Below, piece after piece: positions 60,342-64,000 of a DNA stretch of 64,000 nt. Origin of the DNA: Obrimoposthia wandeli (lineage: Eukaryota). The notes under the pieces were generated by a model. The model saw only the letters and a list, made by a program, of their open reading frames with translations, was not told the origin of the DNA and did no database searches. The position numbers and the translations under genes are program-made. The stretch is taken from NCBI GenBank assembly GCA_977020255.1, contig CDROCS010004773.1:1-64000 (forward strand), written 5' to 3'. Numbering within the stretch: the first letter of the stretch is position 1; every line of letters starts with the position of its first letter.

Positions 60342-61254
60342 TGCATATACTCTTTCATTTTTAATATTGTTTATATTATCATAGAAGTTTTCTTATTGAA
60401 ATGTACAATGTTAGAGCGATTGTTGATGAAATACAAAAATTAATTAATGCATATTTGGCTATAATTTTATTTATTTATGTACGATTTCTAAATTCTCGAA
60501 TAACGTGTGATCTAACCAATATTTCAATGTTATCTCTTGTTATATCATTATTTTTTAATTCTGATAAAATTTCTTTACCCCTGATTTTTCCAGAAAATAT
60601 TTCGTCGGCAAGACGATCCACTCCATTGTCTCTATTTATAGTATTGTTAGGATTGAGAATTAAGAAATTTAAATATTTTAGTCGATTAAATACTAAAATA
60701 AAAATCCTTGAAAGCAAGGTTGAAAATTAAATTAAAATATTAATTTTAGTTTTAGAATTAAAATTAGTGGAATTTAGGGTAAAAATTAGGAGGACCACGA
60801 AGGTCGTGTATTATGCGAAAATGTATAAAAGTTAAATTAATTAACCCAAAAGGGACAATTTAGAAGTAATTAAGAAAAAACGGTTAATTAAAAACGTCAA
60901 TCAAGAGACGTCAAGGTAAGCACATTGTAAGTGCAATAAGATTTATTGATTTTAGATATCAATCAAGAAACCATTCCCAACGTTATTCTCAGCTGTCCAT
61001 TGAGTGACAGATCCCCGTTCTCAGCAGTAAGCACATTTGTAAGTGAAGTGAGTTTAGTCCAATTTTCAGACTATAAGATCAGCTGTCATTGATTGACAGG
61101 ACTGCCCCTATATAAGGCAGAGTAAACTACAGAGGAAACAACAACGAAATCGACTACGAGAAATCAACTGGGCGGAGGACCAAGGTGAATTTTGGTGGTT
61201 TGGGTCAGTGTTAAAGTAATTTGTTTTTAGATCAATTGAATTAATTGAAAGTCC

Positions 61255-61800
61255 AAAAAGTCAAAATATATCTAAGTTAAAGTATATTCAAGTCAACGTA
61301 TATCCAAGTCAAAGTATATCCAAGTCAAAGTATATCCGAGTTAAAATATATCTAAGTTAAAGTATATTCAAGTCAACGTATATCCAGTCAACGTATATCC
61401 AAGTCAAAGTATATCCAAGTCAAAGTATATCCGAGTTAAAATATATTTAAGTTAAAGTATATTCAAGTCAACGTATATCCAGTCAAAATATATCTAAGTT
61501 AAAGTATATTCAAGTCAACGTATATCAAGTCAACGTATATCCAAGTCAAAGTATATCCAAGTCAAAGTATATCCAAGTCAAAATATATCTAAGTTAAAGT
61601 ATATTCAAGTCAACGTATATCCAGTCAAAATATATCTAAGTCAAAGTATATTCAAGCCAACGTATATCCAAGTCAAAGTATATCCAAGTCAAAGTATATC
61701 CGAGTCAAAATATATCTAAGTTAAAGTATATTCAAGTCAACGTATATCCAAGTCAAAGTATATCCAAGTCAAAATATATTCAAGTCAAAGTGTACTCAAG
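61255..61800 (+). repeat. LTR-C 16-bp minisatellite
   Basis: ccaagtcaaagtatat units with higher-order variants. Confidence 0.9.
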
Positions 61801-61940
61801 CGTCCAAAGAGTCAAGTCCAAGCGTATTCAAACGAAATCAAACCTCACACCAGGGATAATCTTCAGATTCCGAAAGACCTACGGATCCGCATCGGAAGTC
61901 CCACTAGTTGCCGTAACTGGTAAGAACACCCACTAAACTA

Positions 61941-62378
61941 TTCATTGCCCCTAGTTGGCAATTAGGATACTGTCATTACCCCTTGTTGGTAATTCTAAAT
62001 TTTAAACTAATACACAGATTCATTGCCCCTAGCCGGCAATTAGGACAATCCGACTCTTTAACAAAATCATTGCCCCTAGTTGGTAATTAAGATCTGACAT
62101 TTATTCATTGTCCCCAGCGACAATTAGGAATCCTACCCAGACGCTTTACCCGTAAGATTCATTGTCCCTAGCTGACAATTAGGTTCATTCATTGTCCCTA
62201 GTTGACAATTCGGATAAATACTCATTGTCCCTAGTAGACAATTCGGTAAGACTCATTGTCCCTAGCTGACAATTCGGTTCGCTCATTGTCCATAGTTGAC
62301 AATTAGGAGTAAGTTTTTCATTGTCATCTTGACAATTAGGTTTTTAGGAAACCCATTGTTTACAGTAGACAATTCGGG
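61941..62378 (+). repeat. LTR-C 12-copy palindromic array
   Basis: Collinear with 21261-21695. Confidence 0.9.
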
Positions 62379-62865
62379 TCAAACACACACAGATAGATTT
62401 AAGGAACCAAGAAACTTTATCTAGAGATAAGAAGTAGGAGCGAAGAAATTTAAGAGAGTTGCGTTATAGATTAACCAACCTGAGTAAGAAGACTAAACCT
62501 AAAAAACTTAATCACCTGAACGTAAAATCGATACGTGGTTCATCCCCACTTCTTGTAGAGACTTACAGAAGTCCTTTAGGAATTTTATCATACTTTTTAG
62601 AAATACGTACATAAACGTATTGTTGTGTTAGTTACGTGAATTACGAATAAACAATTTCCTACATTAGAACAAGTTGTTTTTACACCCTTCAGACTAAGAG
62701 ACATCAAATCAAATACCTTCAGATAGTACAAGAGATTAGGCAACCATAAAACTAAGTAGGCCACGACCAACTTTAAGACCTGCTTCTAATCGAACTCACA
62801 TTGGGGCCCTCCGCACTCAAGAGGCTCTATACCAAGTTTCGTATAGAAACCCCAACATATTAAAG

Positions 62866-62884
62866 TGGTGCCCCGAGTGAGGAT
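62866..62884 (+). promoter_or_regulatory. Primer binding site, elongator tRNA-Met type
   Basis: TGGTGCCCCGAGTGAGGAT matches 18/19 to the recalled reverse complement of vertebrate elongator tRNA-Met (TGGTGCCCCGTGTGAGGAT). Confidence 0.75.
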
Positions 62885-62912
62885 AGCTCGTCGGACACAG
62901 CGAATTCACGTA

Positions 62913-63960
62913 GAATAAGTTCAGATAAGTTTTGGAAAATTGAGAATAAGTTTCAGGTGAATAGAATAAGTTCAGATAAGTTGCAGATAATTGAGAATAA
63001 GTTTCAGGTAAATAGAATAAGTACAGATATTAAGAATAAGTTTCAGATATTGAGAATAAGTTTCAGATATTAAGAATAAGTTTCAGATATTAAGAATAAG
63101 TTTCAGATATTGAGAATAAGTTTCAGATAAATTGAGAATAAGTTTCAGATAAATTGAGAATAAGTTTCAGCAGAAGAATATAGACAATTGAGAATAAGTT
63201 TCAGAAGAAGATATAAGTAAATTGAGATAAGAATTTGATAAGTGTTGAGAAATCGGGTAGATTTGTTCCTCGAAGTTAAGAATTTGATAAGTGTTGAGAA
63301 ATCGAGTAGATTTGTTCCTCGAAGTTAAGAATTTGATAAGTGTTGAGAAATCGAGTAGATTTGTTCCTCGAAGTTAAGAATTTGATAAGTGTTGAGAAAT
63401 CGGGTAGATTTGTTCCTCGAAGTTAAGAATTTGATCGGATTTTGAGAAATCGGGTAGATTTGTTCCTCGAAGTTAAGAATTTGATAAGTGTTGAGAAATC
63501 GGGTAGATTTGTTCCTCGAAGTTAAGAATTTGATAAGTGTTGAGAAATCGAGTAGATTTGTTCCTCGAAGTTAAGAATTTGATAAGTTTTGAGAAATCGA
63601 GTAGATTTGTTCCTCGAAGTTAAGAATTTGATAAGTGTTGAGAAATCGGGTAGATTTGTTCCTCGAAGTTAAGAATTTGATAAGTGTTGAGAAATCGGGT
63701 AGATTTGTTCCTCGAAGTTAAGAATTTGATAAGTTTTGAGAAATCGAGTAGATTTGTTCCTCGAAGTTAAGAATTTGATAAGTGTTGAGAAATCGGGTAG
63801 ATTTGTTCCTCGAAGTTAAGAATTTGATAAGTTTTGAGAAATCGAGTAGATTTGTTCCTCGAAGTTAAGAATTTGATAAGTGTTGAGAAATCGGGTAGAT
63901 TTGTTCCTCGAAGTAAGAATTCGATAAGTTTTGAGAAGTCGAGTGGATTTGTTCCTCGAG
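62913..63960 (+). repeat. Leader arrays: 20-bp units (62913-63230), then ~15 x 49-bp units
   Basis: gaatttgata recurs at 63231, 63280 and onward. Confidence 0.95.
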
Positions 63961-64000
63961 TCAGTAAATTTTATAAGTGAGAATCGAGTGGATTGATACT

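Larger units (their letters stand above)
53550..60644. mobile_element. Polinton/Maverick (adintovirus-like) relic; left boundary uncertain, interrupted by Gypsy copy C
   Basis: Packaging ATPase, retroviral-like integrase, QxGG|F core protein, a PolB-associated N-terminal motif and a small DEDD-like ORF are clustered. No TIR or capsid gene seen in the window. Confidence 0.85.
60645..64000 (+). mobile_element. Copy C: 5' LTR (60645-62857), PBS and leader; continues past the window
   Basis: TGTTAGG...CCCAACA. The window end matches copy A at ~1400-1462. Confidence 0.95.

Noticed and set aside
63231-63960. CRISPR array
   Set aside because: Pure head-to-tail 49-bp repeat with no unique spacers.

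Overview
AT-rich eukaryotic DNA, most likely a flatworm (triclad planarian), judged from an 18S rRNA fragment. The window is dominated by three plus-strand copies of one giant Ty3/Gypsy LTR retrotransposon family. Copy A (1-22173, about 24 kb if the 5' LTR is completed) carries much more than gag/PR/RT/RNaseH/IN: a chuvirus-like fusion glycoprotein placed between gag and pol, two retropepsins flanking a BIR-BIR-RING IAP, three repeats of a ~90-aa domain after integrase, an intact dual-specificity phosphatase followed by a catalytically dead one, a multi-membrane-protein cassette, and three GC-rich RING-H2 genes, each with a splice acceptor just before its ATG. The last RING gene ends in a SUMO-interacting motif and shows 13 synonymous versus 1 nonsynonymous change relative to copy B. 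The LTRs carry swappable minisatellites, and two of them hold a 12-copy hairpin array with compensatory and G-U changes. Copy B (44512-46696) is a 3' fragment joined to an 18S/28S rRNA + antisense R2-like chimera. Copy C (60645 to window end) is inserted in a Polinton/adintovirus-like relic whose accessory genes have micro-introns. The rest is AT-rich host DNA with Tc1/mariner, piggyBac and LINE relics and duplicated exon-like modules. Caveats: the first ~11.7 kb looks error-rich (probably poor consensus), all family assignments are motif recognition by eye without database searches, and giant planarian Gypsy elements ('Burro') have been reported, so novelty must be checked against them.
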